Shown here: piece after piece, positions 1 through 25,235 of the stretch
Position numbering within the stretch: position 1 is the first letter of the stretch
Layout: each line of letters begins with the position of its first letter
Assembly: GCF_009914755.1 (NCBI RefSeq)
Contig: NC_060927.1
Strand: one strand, 5' to 3'
From: the human T2T-CHM13v2.0 reference genome, Homo sapiens
DNA: 64,000 nt
Position numbers and translations under genes: made by a program
The notes under the pieces: generated by a model
Database searches by the model: none
What the model was told of the DNA's origin: nothing
What the model saw: the letters and a program-made list of their open reading frames with translations, nothing else

Positions 1-255
1 TCCCTCTGAGCTGTGCTTTAGGTACAGCTCATAGTTTGTTTTTAAATTGTAAAATTTACATAATATAAAATTAACCATCTTAAACATTTTAAAGTATACA
101 TTAACTAGCATTAAGTACATTTACCATGTTTTACAGCCGTATCACTATGCATTTCCAGATTTTTTCATCATTGCAGACTCTATCCATTAAATAATAACTG
201 TCCCCAATTAAATAATAAATGTCCCAATTTTTCCTCCCCCCAGCCCCTGGTAATT
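1..255 (-). mobile_element. Old L1 (L1MB-like) 3' end fragment, continuing at 6366
   Basis: Typical antisense L1M 3' UTR text ('taatataaaattaaccatctt...ccccagcccctggtaa...tctacttt') resumes colinearly at 6366 after the L1PA and Alu insertions. Confidence 0.7.
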
Positions 256-500
256 TCTACTTTGTTTCTTTTATACATATATATAAGTAGATATTTATCA
301 TACTTTAAGTTCTAGGGTACATGTGCACAACGTGCAGGTTTGTTACATATGTATACATGTGCCATGTTGGTGTGCTGCACCCATAAACTTGTCATTTACA
401 TTAGGTATATCTCCTAATGCTATCCCTTCCCTCTTCCCCCACCCCACAACAGGCCCCAGTGTGTGATGTTCCCCTTCCTGTGTCCAAGTGTTCTCATTGT

Positions 501-4321
<3,821 letters not shown>

Positions 4322-4384
4322 TATGATGTTAGCTGATTATTTTGCTCGTTAGTTGATGCAGTTTCTTCCTAGTCTCGATGGTCT

Positions 4385-5399
4385 TTACAATTTGGCATGT
4401 TTTTGCAGTGGTTGCTACTAGTTGTTCCTTTCCATGTTTAGTGCTTGCTTCAGGAGCTCTTGTAGGGCAGGCCTGGTGGTGACAAAATCTCTCAGCATTT
4501 GCTTGTCTGTAAAGGATTTTATTTCTCTTCACTTATGAAGCTTAGTTTGGCTGGATATGAAATTCTGGGTTGAAAATTCTTTTCTTTAAGAATGTTGAAT
4601 ATCGGCCCCCACTCTCTTCTGGCTTGTAGAGTTTCTGCTGAGAGATCAGCTGTTAGTCTGATGGGCTTCCCTTTGTGGGTAACCCAACCTTTCTCTCTGG
4701 CTGACCTTAACATTTTTTCATTCATTTCACTTTGGTGAATCTGACAGTTATGTGTCTTGGAGTTGCTCTTCTCGAGGAGTATCTTTGTGGTGTTCTCTGT
4801 ATTTCCTGAATTTGAATGTTGGCCTGCCTTGCTAGGTTGGGGAAGTTCTCCTGGGTAAAATAGTGCAGAGTGTTTTTCAACTTGGTTCCATTCTCCCTGT
4901 CACTTTCAGGTACACCAATCAGACGTAGATTTGGTCCTTTCACATAGTCCCATATTTCTTGGAGGCTTTTTTCATTTCTTTTTACTCTTTTTTCTTTAAA
5001 CTTCTCTTCTCGCTTCATTTCATTCATTTGATCTTCAATCATTGATACCCTTTCTTCCAGCTGATTGAATCAGCTACTGAAGCTTGTGCATTCGTCATGT
5101 AGTTCTTGTGCCATGGTTTTCAGCTCCATCAGGTCATTTAAGGCCTTCTCTACATTGGTTATTCTAGTTAGCCATTCGTCTAATCTTTTTTCAAGGTTTT
5201 TAACTTCTTTGTGATGGGTTCAAACTTCCTCCTTTAGCTCAGAGAAGTTTGATTGTCTGAAGCCTTCTTCTCTCAAGTTGTCAAAGTCATTCTCCATCCA
5301 GCTTTGTTCCGTTGCTGGTGAGGAGCTGCTTTCCTTTGGAGGAGGAGAGGTGCTCTGATTTTTAGAATTTTCAGTTTTTCTCTTCTGTTTTTTCCCCAT
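4385..5399 (-). pseudogene. L1 ORF1 of copy A, disrupted
   Basis: ORFs 4722-5042 and 4519-4725 carry the EIWDYVK..NLRLIGVPE and REKG/ARREW/YPAKLS motifs. Confidence 0.93.
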
Positions 5400-5909
5400 T
5401 TTTGTGGTTTTATCTACCTTTGGTCTTTGATGATAGTGAGGTACAGATGGGGTTTTGGTGTGGATGTCCTTTCTGTTTGTTAGTTTCCCTTCTAACAGTC
5501 AGGGTCCTCAGCTGCAGGTCTGTTGGAGTTTGCTGGAGGTCCACTCCAGACCCTGTTTGCCTGGGTGTCAGCAGTGGAGGCTGCAGAACAGCAAATATTG
5601 CTGAACAGCAAATGTTGCTGTCTGAATGTTCCTCTGGAAGTTTCATCTCAGAGGGGTACCCGGCCGTTTGAGGTGTCAGTCTGCCCCTATTGGGGGGTGC
5701 CTCCCAGTTAGGCTCCTTGGCGGTCAGGGACCCACTTGAGGAGGCAGTCTGTCCATTCTCAGATCTCAGACTCCGTGCTGGGAGAACCACTACTCTCTTC
5801 AAAGCTGTCAGACAGGGACATTTAAGTCTGCAGAGTTTTCTGCTGCCTTTTGTTCGGCTATGCCCTGCCCCCAGAGGTGGAGTCTACAGAGGCAGGCAGG
5901 CCTCCTTGA

Positions 5910-8667
<2,758 letters not shown>

Positions 8668-8917
8668 GACTGTAATGGTTCTTTGCATTTTGTGTTTTCC
8701 CCCCATATTTTTGTTCCAAACTATCATTTTTAAAAGTATAGTTTGTATATATTTATATATATACATATATGTTTATATATATATTACATTTAGACTGTAA
8801 TGGTTCTTTGCATTTTGTGTTTTCCCCCCATATTTTTGTTCCAAACTATCATTTTTAAAAGTATAGTTTGTATATATTTATATATATACATATATGTTTA
8901 TATATATATTACATTTA
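8668..8917. repeat. Perfect 125-bp tandem duplication
   Basis: 8668-8792 is identical to 8793-8917 (gactgtaatggttc...attacattta). Confidence 0.97.
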
Positions 8918-9659
8918 TTTGTATAAGTTTACATTATCCATTAAATCCATTTTTATATCTCTAGTTCTTATTTTTTAAATTGGGTTCATTTCCTATTTTG
9001 CTGGAGTGTTTTCTCCAGTAATCCTTTCAGAAAAAGTTTGAATCTTGTAAACTTTATTTTTTCACATCTAAAAATGTCTTTCATTTTCCAGCTGGTATAT
9101 AAAACTTCTAGGACTTCTATGGCAAAATAATTTTAACTTGGTACTTCGAAAATATTCTCCTACTGTCTTCTGGTATCTGGTATTGCCAGCTCTTTCCCCT
9201 TTCTGCTATTGTTGGACTTCTTAGAATAGTATCATATTAGTTGTGTTCACCTCTGATGTCCCTGCTACAGTGTCTTGAAATGGGGGACAGTGTATACTAA
9301 TCTTTGTAGATGCAGTCCCTAGGACAATGCTCAGTAAACTACATCAGCAAACATTTGTTACCTTGGGTTGAAATGTGGGAAACTGAGCTGTATCTGGAGA
9401 GCCACATCAACGGATAGATTTGGTCCTCTGGTCTTGCATATTATTGATACCATTTTTTTTTTGAGTGAAAATATTCTCCTAGACATTTTTAGCTACAAGG
9501 AGGTATGCCTCTCCTGAGGGGCTGCAGGTTGCAGTGTTGTGAGAATGGGGAGTGTAGTTCATTCTGAGAGCATGTCTGGCCTTGTTGCTGGGGCTGGCCA
9601 TCACAGCAGATAGCTGCCCACGTCTCCTGCCTACCAGGAGCTCATGCTCTGGTAGAGAC

Positions 9660-9855
9660 ATGCAGACCTCAGTGTGAATCCCAGTTCTGTCATTTATAAG
9701 GTGTTTTCCCTAAAACAGGGTATTTATTCTGTTTTTACCTCAGCTTTCTCTTGCATGAAATGAGTTTAGTAATTTCCATCATGCTGGTATGGAAAGCATT
9801 AAATAAGAAGGCATATATAAAGCACTTGGCATGTAATTGGCATTCAGTGAATTTT
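9660..9855 (+). mobile_element. MIR SINE
   Basis: 'cagacctcagtgtgaatcccagttctgtcattta...acctcagctttctc...taaagcacttggcatgtaattggcattcagtgaa'. Confidence 0.65.
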
Positions 9856-10518
9856 AGTTCTTTTTCCTTTTTTCTTTTGAACTCATTTGTTAGGAAGCTG
9901 GAGAGTTTTTCTTTCTGAGTTAAGAATTGGGCATAGCAAATGTGTTCATCTTCTCAGAATGTTTTCCAGGGTAATATAACCCAGAAGCAGAAGATTCTGG
10001 TTAATTCTTGAAGATCCAACTCAAACCTAGAATTCTAGGATTTTAAGATTTTATGTTTGGTTTGGCTTTTTGGAAAGGAGAGTTCTTTTTCAGTCTCTAG
10101 GTTTTCTGGGTTGGTGTCATCTTACCATGTTGGCAAGGTAACTCGTATCCCTTGAAGGTTAAATAATGACCCTCAGTATTACCTGGTGAGTAGAAAAACC
10201 AGTCTAAGGTTTTTTCATTAGGCCCTGCCACTTCTCTCCTGACCTTCAGTCCCCTCTTTTCCATCACCTAGAGAGAACATTCTTGAGGGAAGCCAGAATG
10301 GTTTACTTACCCTTCTGCTGGGGCTCTGTATTTATGTTAGAGGAGCCTTCTTGCTTTGGGCAAGGAGAATGGGTATGTGTTGGAGGTAAGAGCTCACTCA
10401 GGTGATAGCTCATAGTCAGTTTCAGTGGTGGGGTTTGCAGAAAGGGTGGTGACTTGATCTCTTCCCTGATTTTTGTCTACAGGTGGCACTCTTACTGGCT
10501 AGTGAAATGAATATTCTT

Positions 10519-10848
10519 GGCCAGGTGTAGTGGCTCATGGGTGTAATCCCAGCACTTTGGGAGGCTGAGGAGGGAGGGTTGCTTGAGCCCAGGAGTTCAA
10601 GACGAGCCTGGGCACCATAGTGAGAACCCCATCTCTATAAAAACATAAAAACAAAATTAGCCGGGCTTGGTGGTGTACACCTGTGGTCCCATCTACTCAG
10701 GAGGCTGAGGTGGGAAGATGGCTTGAGGCTAAGAGTTCAAGGCTTCAGTGAGCTGAGATCATGCCACTGCACTCCAGCCTGAGCAACAGAGTGAGAGACC
10801 CTGTCAATCAGTTAATCACTAATTCAAATCAGTGAAATCAGTCAATCA
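10519..10848 (+). mobile_element. AluJ with an (AATC)n-like tail
   Basis: AluJ diagnostics 'gcttgagcccaggagttc' and 'gagaccctgtc'; TSD-like aatgaatattctt / aatgaaggttctt. Confidence 0.92.
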
Positions 10849-13800
10849 AATGAAGGTTCTTTTCCCCCCGGGATTGCCTGCTCACCTCTCCTTCACTCTC
10901 TCACTCCTTTAGAGTAGTTTCCAATGGAGTGTTTTGTCATCTTCTTGGGGAACATTTATTCTTATAACTTAGGTAATTTTTCCAAGAGAAGGATTTAAAT
11001 CTCTGAGAATTGTCATCCTCGTCCACACCATGGAGTATCAGTGTACAGTGGCTCCCAAGGCTGTACACCTGGCCCAGATATGCCCCAGGGAAGGCCTCTG
11101 TCAGCATTGTGCTCCTGGGGTTAGGACTGTGTGTGATTTGAACAATGGAAATGTCAGAGTCCTTCTGTTAGTGGGCCATGGAGATGGCACCCTGGAGAGG
11201 GTTTCTGTGTGGGGATCGACTCCACTACACATGTACTTGGGAGGGTTTTTATTTAGGCCCACTCGAAGCCTCTGTGGCCAAACTCGAGCTTCCTTGCCCT
11301 CCACTGTATCTCCGTAGTCCTCACAGTGGCCCTGAGAAGTCAGGGGAGGATCAGGGAAGCCTTGGGTACAGGGCCAGGAGGCCCTTAGGTAGAACTCTGC
11401 CAGGGAAGCTTTAGGAAAGCTGGCCCACCAGTGGCTTTTCTACCCCTGTCTTTTGCCTATTCCTTGCCCTAGGCTTAGTGTTTTTCAGAGGCTTAGATGG
11501 ATGAACCGCATCTGGCCTTCTTACCCCTGGAGGTGGAAGAGTGAGTGGTGCCTCAACCTCTGGGCCTCTCATTCTGTGTCTCTCTCTGCAGGGTGTGCAG
11601 GAGAGGGGCTGTCTGAGGCTCTCTAGCCCGGCGAGCAGGGAGAGAGGGTTGCCACCTGGGCATGTGGAAGCATTCTGTGTGTTGCTTTGCTGAGGAAAAC
11701 CTTATGTTCTTTTTTTCTCTTGCCATGAATGCTAAGGAGAGATAGTGAGGATTGTTGAAAGACCACATAAATAGACCTGCCTAAGACGGGGGAGCAGGGC
11801 AAGAAACTAGACTTTCCATATTTGACATAGAGCTTCCCAGGAAGTCATTTTCCTAAAAATACTGAAAAGACCTTGAGTCACTAATTTAAGGGAGGTAATC
11901 TCCAGATTTGTCTGTTTCTAGTTATTGTTCCCACTTATTTGTAGATGGAAAATGTGGTGTCCCAAGTGTGAGCTGAGGCCCTGAGTTTACCGTGGGACTT
12001 CAAGAACATTCTTAATGCCTATCTTGGGACCTTTTGTTTTTCAAATGTATTTTTTTTAATACAGTAGTGACACATGCTTTAAAAAGTTACTACCTATTTG
12101 TTAAAAACTTAAAAATCCCCCAAAGTGTTTAAAAGAAAAAGTGAAAGTCAGCCTCCCTCTCCTTGCCCCCAGGGCCACTCCCAGGATCACTGTGGAGGAG
12201 AGGTTGATGCGAATTGTTCTGGACTTGTTTCTAACACACGTGCTCCCTCAGGCTCCTGACCCAAGCTCTGCCACTCGGTGTGGTGTGGCACACCAAGCTC
12301 TCCCCCATGGTGTGGTGTGTCTGCGTGAAAAGGAAGAAGAAGAGTAACAGGGCGCCTCCGTGCCAGTGTCTGGCTCCAGTCCTCCTTGTCGAGGGAGGGT
12401 TTGGGAGTTGATGAATGATCTCCCCCAACTGTGCCGTTTCCTTCCCAGGCCTTGTGCTGTATGTGCTAATGTGCATTTCACCAGATTTCCCTCTCTGTCT
12501 TTTTAAAAAGTCTATGACTTTTGCTTCACAGTTTGAAGCACAGAATTATAACAGAGGGGTGGCAGGAGGGAAAAGCAAGTGGTGTGCTGGAGGTTCTGCG
12601 GGGGGATGAGCGCAGCAGGGTGACAAGGCACACGGGCCACTCGGGCTTCCTGGGCCAGGGTGTGAGAGGAGTGCTGAGTAGTGAGATCTCCGCTTCATCT
12701 CCAAAGGCAAGATAAATGGAACTTCTGAATGTTGGTTCTTGGAGTGGCTTGTATTCTTTGACCATCCACTTAGAAATGGAGTGGGAGACACCTGGGCCTG
12801 CTAAAACCTCACTGTTCTTCAAACAACAAAAGTGATTTCATTAGAGGCTTTCTGCTGAGGTTTCTCGGGTCTGTGTTGTCAGCCCACCTCCCTTGCTTTC
12901 AGGATGGGCCACAGTTTGATCTGGAAACTAAATGTGCCCTTTTCAGTGGATACGGTTTTCTTTTCCCCGCTGTTTTTCCTTTGTGGCAGGCCTAGTCATG
13001 ATGCGAGCATCCTCTCGGCTCCCCGATGGTACTCGTTCTGTTACTAGCAGGGTGCCCCCGCTCTGTGGCTGTGGAGCTGCTCCGGAACCCTCCTGTCAGC
13101 CTGTGGGCTCCTCAAAGCAGCGGCTGGGCTGAGTCACCTTCTTGCCCTCCTGGACTCTTCTGGTCGGAGAGGACCTTTGACAGTCACAGATAGCCAGCTG
13201 CCCAGTCACCAAGACCAGATGTTGGTTGAATTTCGCAGGAATTGGAGCTCAGTCTGCCTTGCCTCTCACTCCATGTGGGCTCCAGTGCCTGATTCATCCA
13301 GGCTAAAAAGATTTGTAGTTGCTGAACATTCTAAGGCCTTTTGTGCCTTGGTCAGTTGCTCTTGTATCCTGGAATGTTCCGTTTTTCTTTCTTCCCCAGG
13401 TTAACAGGAGAAGTTTCAGGATTGGCTTAAATGTACCCTCCTTCAAGAAGCTGTCTATGCCCTCTGGTGCTGGTGAGGTGTTCCCTTGCATGGACCCCCA
13501 TGGCTCCTGGACTTTTGCATTACCAGGCTTGGCCCTTTGTTAACATTGTGGTTTATTTCCCATTTCCTGGAGCACAGCTTCCTTAAAGGCAGAGTCTGTG
13601 TTTTTGTCCTCTCGGAATCTCTAGCATTCAGCCAGGAACTTGGTGGGGACTGAAAAATAAAAAGGTGTTGAACAAGTGAAGGAATCACTCTTGTCTCTAG
13701 CTGTACTCAACAGATGGGTGTGGGCACTACAAGCTGAAAAATGTACTTGCAACAGACAGTTGTGTAGAAAGCCAAGGACAAGCCCAGAGGGAGTGCTTAT

Positions 13801-14689
13801 TAGATGAGAATTGCTAGGATAGGACCTCAAGATGCCTTGACAAACTACTGATGTATTTATTCAACACCCTTCTCATAAAATGTATTTGTTTCTTAGTGGT
13901 CTAGTCATTTATTTTCAGAGTACTCCTGTGATAAAACGTGGATCCATCTTTCTTTAGAAAACAAACAGGACGTGAAGAGATGGCCATCCAGGTGGTCTTT
14001 GTGTCAGGGTCAGAACTAGGGATGAGCCAGCTTGTCCTGACTCTGGAAGCAGAGATTCTCAGAGCTCGCATCGCCCCACATTCCTGGGTGTCTCTCGTGT
14101 ACCCCACTGACAGTATCATAGCATAGCTACAGTCTGCTTGGGGGATGCCTGATCTCTTCGCCTGGTGTCCTTTTTTCTCCTGGGTTGGGGTTAGGTGAGA
14201 AAGTCTAACAGAACAGCAAAAAGAAGAAAGAAACACCCAGAATACCACGGCCTGGAGAAAAAGAAGGCTGCGCCATCTTGGTCTCTGTCCTTCCAAATAA
14301 TACTAGAGTTTTGGGTCTTACTTCATATGTTGTTTTGTAAACAGTCTTTTTCATTTAGCAAAACATTGTGGATATTTTTCATGTCTGTAAATACAGGTCT
14401 ACCCCATCATTTTTCAAGTTTGCATAGTATTTCATAATTGGATATGCATAATTTATTTAACCAATTATCTATTATTATATACTTATTTCCTGTTTTTAAT
14501 ATTAAAATCAACACTGTGCCAAATATACATCTACATCTTTCCTTCTTTTGTCCATTATTTTCTTAAGGTTATATTTTTAGAAATCATCAACTCATATGCA
14601 CATTTAAAATTGTGATATATATTATCAGATAAGTTTCTAGGAAAGATAAAACTCAACGATTGTAAGGATGTGAGACTTGAGGGCATCTG

Positions 14690-15526
14690 GGCTGTGTGCT
14701 ATAGAAGGCATATTGAACATACCATTTCCCTTTGCTCTGTCCCCAAGCCCAATTAAAAGGAGAGTAAAGACATGGGAGATAAGGATGATGGCAGCAAAAT
14801 TGTGACAGCTGGAAAAGAGGTGGATGGTTGGTGGGTAATTGAGAAATCCAGAGACAGCTGGAACTCGGGCCTGCAGTGAAGAATCACAGAAGCAGTTGGG
14901 CCACTTACCAGGGTGTCCCCAAAGAGCTCCAGAATTGGAGGGAGCAGGCCCCTCTGAAAGTGGGGTTCAGGTGGAGTAGAGAATGAAAAGATGAGGTTGA
15001 AGTCTGTGTGAGACACAGTCAGATCCCCTCTGTGATCTGATAAAACTACGAGATAAAACGTCACAGTTTTATCTCCTTCCCACCAGCAGATCAGTGGTTT
15101 ATCCTCCAGGTTATCCCCCTGTGAGGATCAAATGAAAGGACTTTGGATGCTGGCACAGCAGGCATCACAGAAAAAAGGAGCATCATACTCAAGACAGGCT
15201 GAGACCTTCCACCTGCCCAAGCATTCTTCCTCACTATACTCGAAGAAAACAGGCTTAACCACAGCCCTACAGGAGATTAAAAGATTGCTTCATGAGAGGT
15301 TAGAGGGCCCAAGTGAAAAGCTTCATAAACATGGAAATTTAGAAGTTCTTCAGTAAAATGTTCTGATTAGATCACCCTACCAATTGACAAATCACTTCCA
15401 TAGAAACAGACCTTGCAATCAGTTTGTTATTGCTTCATTCTTAACTATAACGAGATGACTCTGTCAAGAGATATTTGATAACTTCCTCTAACATGACCAA
15501 AATAAAAACCGATATAAATGTGAGAC
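14690..15526 (+). mobile_element. Old L1M/HAL1-like 5' region, left part of the host of L1 copy B
   Basis: Continues colinearly at 21666 into degenerate ORF1-like sequence. Confidence 0.5.
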
Positions 15527-15531
15527 TAGAT

Positions 15532-16563
15532 GGAGGAGCCAAGATGGCCGAATAGGAACAGCTCCGGTCCACAGCTCCCAGCGTGAGCGACGCAGAAGAT
15601 GGGTGATTTCTGCATTTCCATCTGAGGTACTGGGTTCATCTTACTAGGGGGTGCCAGACAGTGGGCGCAGGACAGGCGGTGCAGCGCACCGTGCGCAAGC
15701 CGAAGCAGGGCGAGGCATTGCCTCACTCAGGAAGCGCAAGGGGTCAGGGAGTTCCCTTTCCTGGTCAAGGAAAGGGGTGACAGACGGCACCTGGAAAATC
15801 GGGTCACTCCCACCCGATACTGCACTTTTCTGATGGGCTTAGGAAATGGCGCACCAGGAGATTATATCCCGCACCTGGCTCGGAGGATCCTACGCCCACG
15901 GAGTCTTGCTGATTGCTAGCACAGCAGTCTGAGATCAAACTGCAAGGCGGCAGCGAAGCTAGGGGAGGGGCACCCGACATTGCCCAGGCTTGCTTAGGTA
16001 AACAAAGCAGCCAGGAACCTCCAGCTGGGTGGAGCCCACCAGAGCTCAAGGAGGCCTTGCTGCCTCTGTAGGCTCCACCTCTGGGGGCAGGGCACAGACA
16101 AACAAAAAGACAGCAGTAACCTCTGCAGACTTAAATGTCCCTGTCTGACAGCTTTGAAGAGAGCAGTGGTTCTCCCAGCACGCAGCTGGAGATCTGAGAA
16201 CGGGCAGACTGCCTCCTCAAGTGGGTCCCTGACCCCTGACCCCCGAGCAGCCTAACTGTGAGGCAACCCCCAGTAGGGGCAGACTGACACCTCACACAGC
16301 CGGGTACTCCTCTGAGACAAAACTTCCAGAGGAACGATCAGACAGCAGCATTCGCGGTTCATGAAAATCCACTGTTCTGCAGGCACCGCTGCTGATACCC
16401 AGGCAAACAAGGTCTGGAGTGGACCTCTAGCAAACTCCAACAGATCTGCAGCTGAGGGTCCTGTCCGTTAGAAGGAAAACTAACAAACAGAAAGGACATC
16501 CACACCAAAAACGCATCTGTACATCACCATCATCAAAGACCAAAAGTAGATAAAACCACAAAG
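15532..16563 (+). promoter_or_regulatory. L1 5' UTR internal sense promoter (YY1 site caagatggc at about 15540) and antisense promoter
   Basis: Intact CpG-containing L1 5' UTR; promoter function is taken from known L1 biology and activity here is untested. Confidence 0.7.
15804..15980 (-). pseudogene. L1 ORF0 homolog of copy B (58 codons, late frameshift)
   Basis: MSGAPPLASLPPCSLISDCCASNQQDSVGVGSSEPGAGYNLLVRHFLSPSEK matches ORF0. Confidence 0.8.
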
Positions 16564-17580
16564 ATGGGGAAAAAACAGAGCAGAAAAACTGGAAACTCTA
16601 AAAAGCAGAGTGCCTCTCCTCCTCCAAAGGAATGCAGTTCCTTACCAGCAACGGAACAAAGCTGGATGGAGAATGACTTTGATGAGTTGAGAGAAGAAGG
16701 CTTCAGACGATCAAACTACTGTGAGCTACAGGAGGAAATTCAAACCAAAGGCAAAGAGATTGAAAATGTTGAAAAAAATTTAGACGAATGTATAACTAGA
16801 ATAACCAATACAGAGAAGTGCTTAAAGGAGCTGATGGAGCTGAAAGCCAATGCTTGAGAACTACGTGAAGAATGCAGAAGCCTCAGGAGCTGATGCGATC
16901 AACTGGAAGAAAGGGTTTCAGTGATGGAAGATGAAATGAATGAAATGAAGCGAGAAGGGAAGTTTAGAGAGAAAAGAATAAAAAGAAATGAAGAAAGCCT
17001 CCAAGAAATATGGGACTATGTGAAAAGACCAAATCTACGTCTGATTGGTGTACCTGAAAGTGACGGGGAGAATGGAACCAAGTTGGAAAACACTCTGCAG
17101 GATATTATCCAGGAGAGCTTCCCCAATCTAGCCATGCAGGCCAACATTCAAATTCAGGAAATACAGAGAACACCACAAAGATACTCCTCGAGAAGAGCAA
17201 CTCCAAGACACATAACTGTCAGATTCACCAAAGTTGAAATGAATGAAAAAATGTTAAGGTCAGCCAGAGAGAAAGGTTGGGTTACCCACAAAGGGAAGCC
17301 CATCAGACTAACAGCTGATCTCTCAGCAGAAACTCTACAAGCCAGAAGAGAGTGGGGGCCGATATTCAACATTCTTAAAGAAAAGAATTTTCAACCCAGA
17401 ATTTCATATCCAGCCAAACTAAGCTTCATAAGTGAAGAGAAATAAAATCCTTTACAGACAAGCAAATGCTGAGAGATTTTGTCACCACCAGGCCTGCCCT
17501 ACAAGAGCTCCTGACACAAGCACTAAACGTGGAAAGGAACAACTAGTACCAACCACTGCAAAAACATGCGAAAATGTAAA
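16564..17580 (+). pseudogene. L1 ORF1 of copy B, disrupted
   Basis: MGKKQSRKTGNSK...; stop at 16857 and frameshift near 17437. Confidence 0.95.
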
Positions 17581-17643
17581 AGACCATCGAGACTAGGAAG
17601 AAACTGCATCAACTAACGAGCAAAATAACCAGCTAACATCATA

Positions 17644-21450
<3,807 letters not shown>

Positions 21451-21665
21451 ACAGTGAGAACACATGGACACAGGAAGGGGAACATCACACTCTGGGGCCT
21501 GCTGTGGGGTGGGGGGAGGGGGGAGGGATAGCATTAGGCGATATACCTAATGCTAAATGAGGAGTTAATGGGTGCAGCACACCAGCATGGCACATGTATA
21601 CATATGTAACTAACCTTCACATTGTGCACATGTACCCTAAAACTTAAAGTATAAAAAAAAAAAAA

Positions 21666-22225
21666 TTGTGAGACCAAAACATTCAGCCTCCATAGTCCCA
21701 AACAAACACACAGAGAAAAAAGGAACTCAGGGAACAGATAATGCAGAGGAGCAGAAGAAAAAGTTTTTTTTCTTAAGTTAAATCCACAGAAAAGAGAAAA
21801 TATTGAATTCATAAAATAAGAGTAGGGAACTGGTAAAAAATCACACTTAGAAAAAACCCATTAGAAATTAAAAATATGGTATCAGAAATGGATAATTCAA
21901 TAGAAGGGCTAGAAAGTAGATTTGAGTAATTAGAACAAAAAGACAAAGCAATAGAAAATATGAGAGAAACATTAGGAAAATTGGAGTCTTAGCTCAGGAG
22001 GTCAAGCATCCAAACAGTAGCAGTACCAGAAAGAGGAAACTGAAGAAATTATTAATGAAATTATTTCAGAACATTTCCCAGAACTGAGGAATAAGACCTT
22101 CCAGATTGAGAAGGGCCCGTTAGTTCGTAGCCCATTAGCTTTCGAAAATAGACCTATACCAGGATACATCATGAAATTTTAGAATATAAAGGACAAGAAC
22201 TGATCCTTGAAGTTTCCAGAGGGAT
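21666..22225 (+). mobile_element. Old L1M/HAL1-like ORF1 remnant, right part of the host; resumes at about 24504
   Basis: Degenerate ORF1-like text ('gaacatttcccagaactgagg...ttccagattgagaagggcc'). Confidence 0.6.
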
Positions 22226-22890
22226 GTGTTATTATCTCCTGCTGTATAACAAATTACTCCAAAACTTAGTGGCTTAGAACAGGGAGTGGCAAACTTTTTC
22301 ATAGTAGTCTTACGGGCCACATGGTCTCTATTGCAGTGACCCATCTTTGCCATTGTAGCACAAGAGCAGCCATAGTCAATATGTAAGTGAGTGGTTATGA
22401 CTGTGTTCCAGTAAAGCTTTATTTACAAAAACACGTGGCCAGGTCAGGCCCTGTGTTTCCTGGCTTAAAACAACAACATTTATGTCTCACAGTTTTTGTG
22501 GGCATAGCTGATTCACTTGCCTTTGGATCATGCAAACAGTTTCAGTTAAGATGTTGTTAGGGCTACGATCATCCGAAGGCTTGTTGGGGGTTGGATCCAT
22601 TTCTGCACTCATTCAGATTGTTGTCTGAATTCAATTCCTTGTGGGCTGTTGGATTAAGGGCCTCTGTTTCTTGGGTTTGGGTCTCATAGCAGCTTGCCTC
22701 ATCAGAGTGAGAAAGAGAGAGTGTGAACAACAGAATTCAGTCTTTTGAAAGCTAATCTTGGAAGGGACATTCCATCACTTTTGCCATATTCTTTTGCCAT
22801 ATTCTGAATGAGGGCTGTAGGTCCAACCCTTGGTTTAAGGGTGTGAATACTAGGTGATGGGGATCATCGGGGCTGTCTTAGAGGGCTGTG
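22226..22890 (-). mobile_element. MLT1 (MaLR) LTR, interrupted by MER58
   Basis: 'tgctgtataacaaattactccaaaacttagtggcttaga...tctcacagtttttgtggg' is typical of MLT1F/G. Confidence 0.7.
22280..22462 (+). mobile_element. MER58A-like hAT MITE
   Basis: 'cagggagtggcaaactttttc...tgttccagtaaagctttatttacaaaaac'; 8-bp TSD-like gcttagaa / gcttaaaa. Confidence 0.75.
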
Positions 22891-22917
22891 TTACTCAAGA
22901 AAAAAGAAAACATGTTA

Positions 22918-24501
<1,584 letters not shown>

Positions 24502-24599
24502 TATACAGAGAGTTTAAGAATCAGAGTGTCTTCATACAACAGCAACACTGGAAGCTACAAGACAATGGATCAATGTCTTTAAAATCCCAAAAGAACAAA

Positions 24600-25235
24600 A
24601 TTTAATTTCAGAGAAAACAAAGTTATACTAGAAAGGAAATATAACTAAAGTACAGTACATGGCTCAGCTGTGAATAATATTTCCAGTCATCCTGTGAACA
24701 CTAATTGTTGAACCATACACATGTTTTGGTTAAACTTGGGGAATTAATACGGGATGGGAGACTTATATGGAGGAGGTACGTGTGCAAGAGCAAAATCTTT
24801 ACCTGTCATAGTGGGAAGTCAATAGATGCCAGAATTAGAAACATGGAGGCAAATACTTGAAGAAACAGCTAGAATAATCTAGGTTGTCTCCCAGGAAATG
24901 GGGAGAGATGAGCCAAGTACTACAGTTTGTGGTGATAGACTATTTATGTGCTATTTGATGTTGATAGAAATAAACTTTAAAAACTAATGAGATCAAAATG
25001 TAGTGTGACACCTAGGATTGGGTACTAGAACAGAAACAAACAGAAAAACTGGTGAAAGTCAAATTGTTTCAAGTTTAATAGAGTAGTAAAGTGGGTTTTT
25101 TAGTTGTGACAAAGGCACTACAATAATAGAAGATGTTAACATTAGGGGAAACTGGGTGGGGAGTGTATAGGGACTCTGTATTATCTTTACAACTGTTTTG
25201 TAAGTTTAAAACTATTCCAAAATGGAAAGCTTATT
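24600..25235 (+). mobile_element. L1MC-like 3' end fragments
   Basis: 'aagatgttaacattaggggaaactgggtggggagtgtatagggactctgtattatc' is typical L1MC 3' UTR. Confidence 0.65.
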
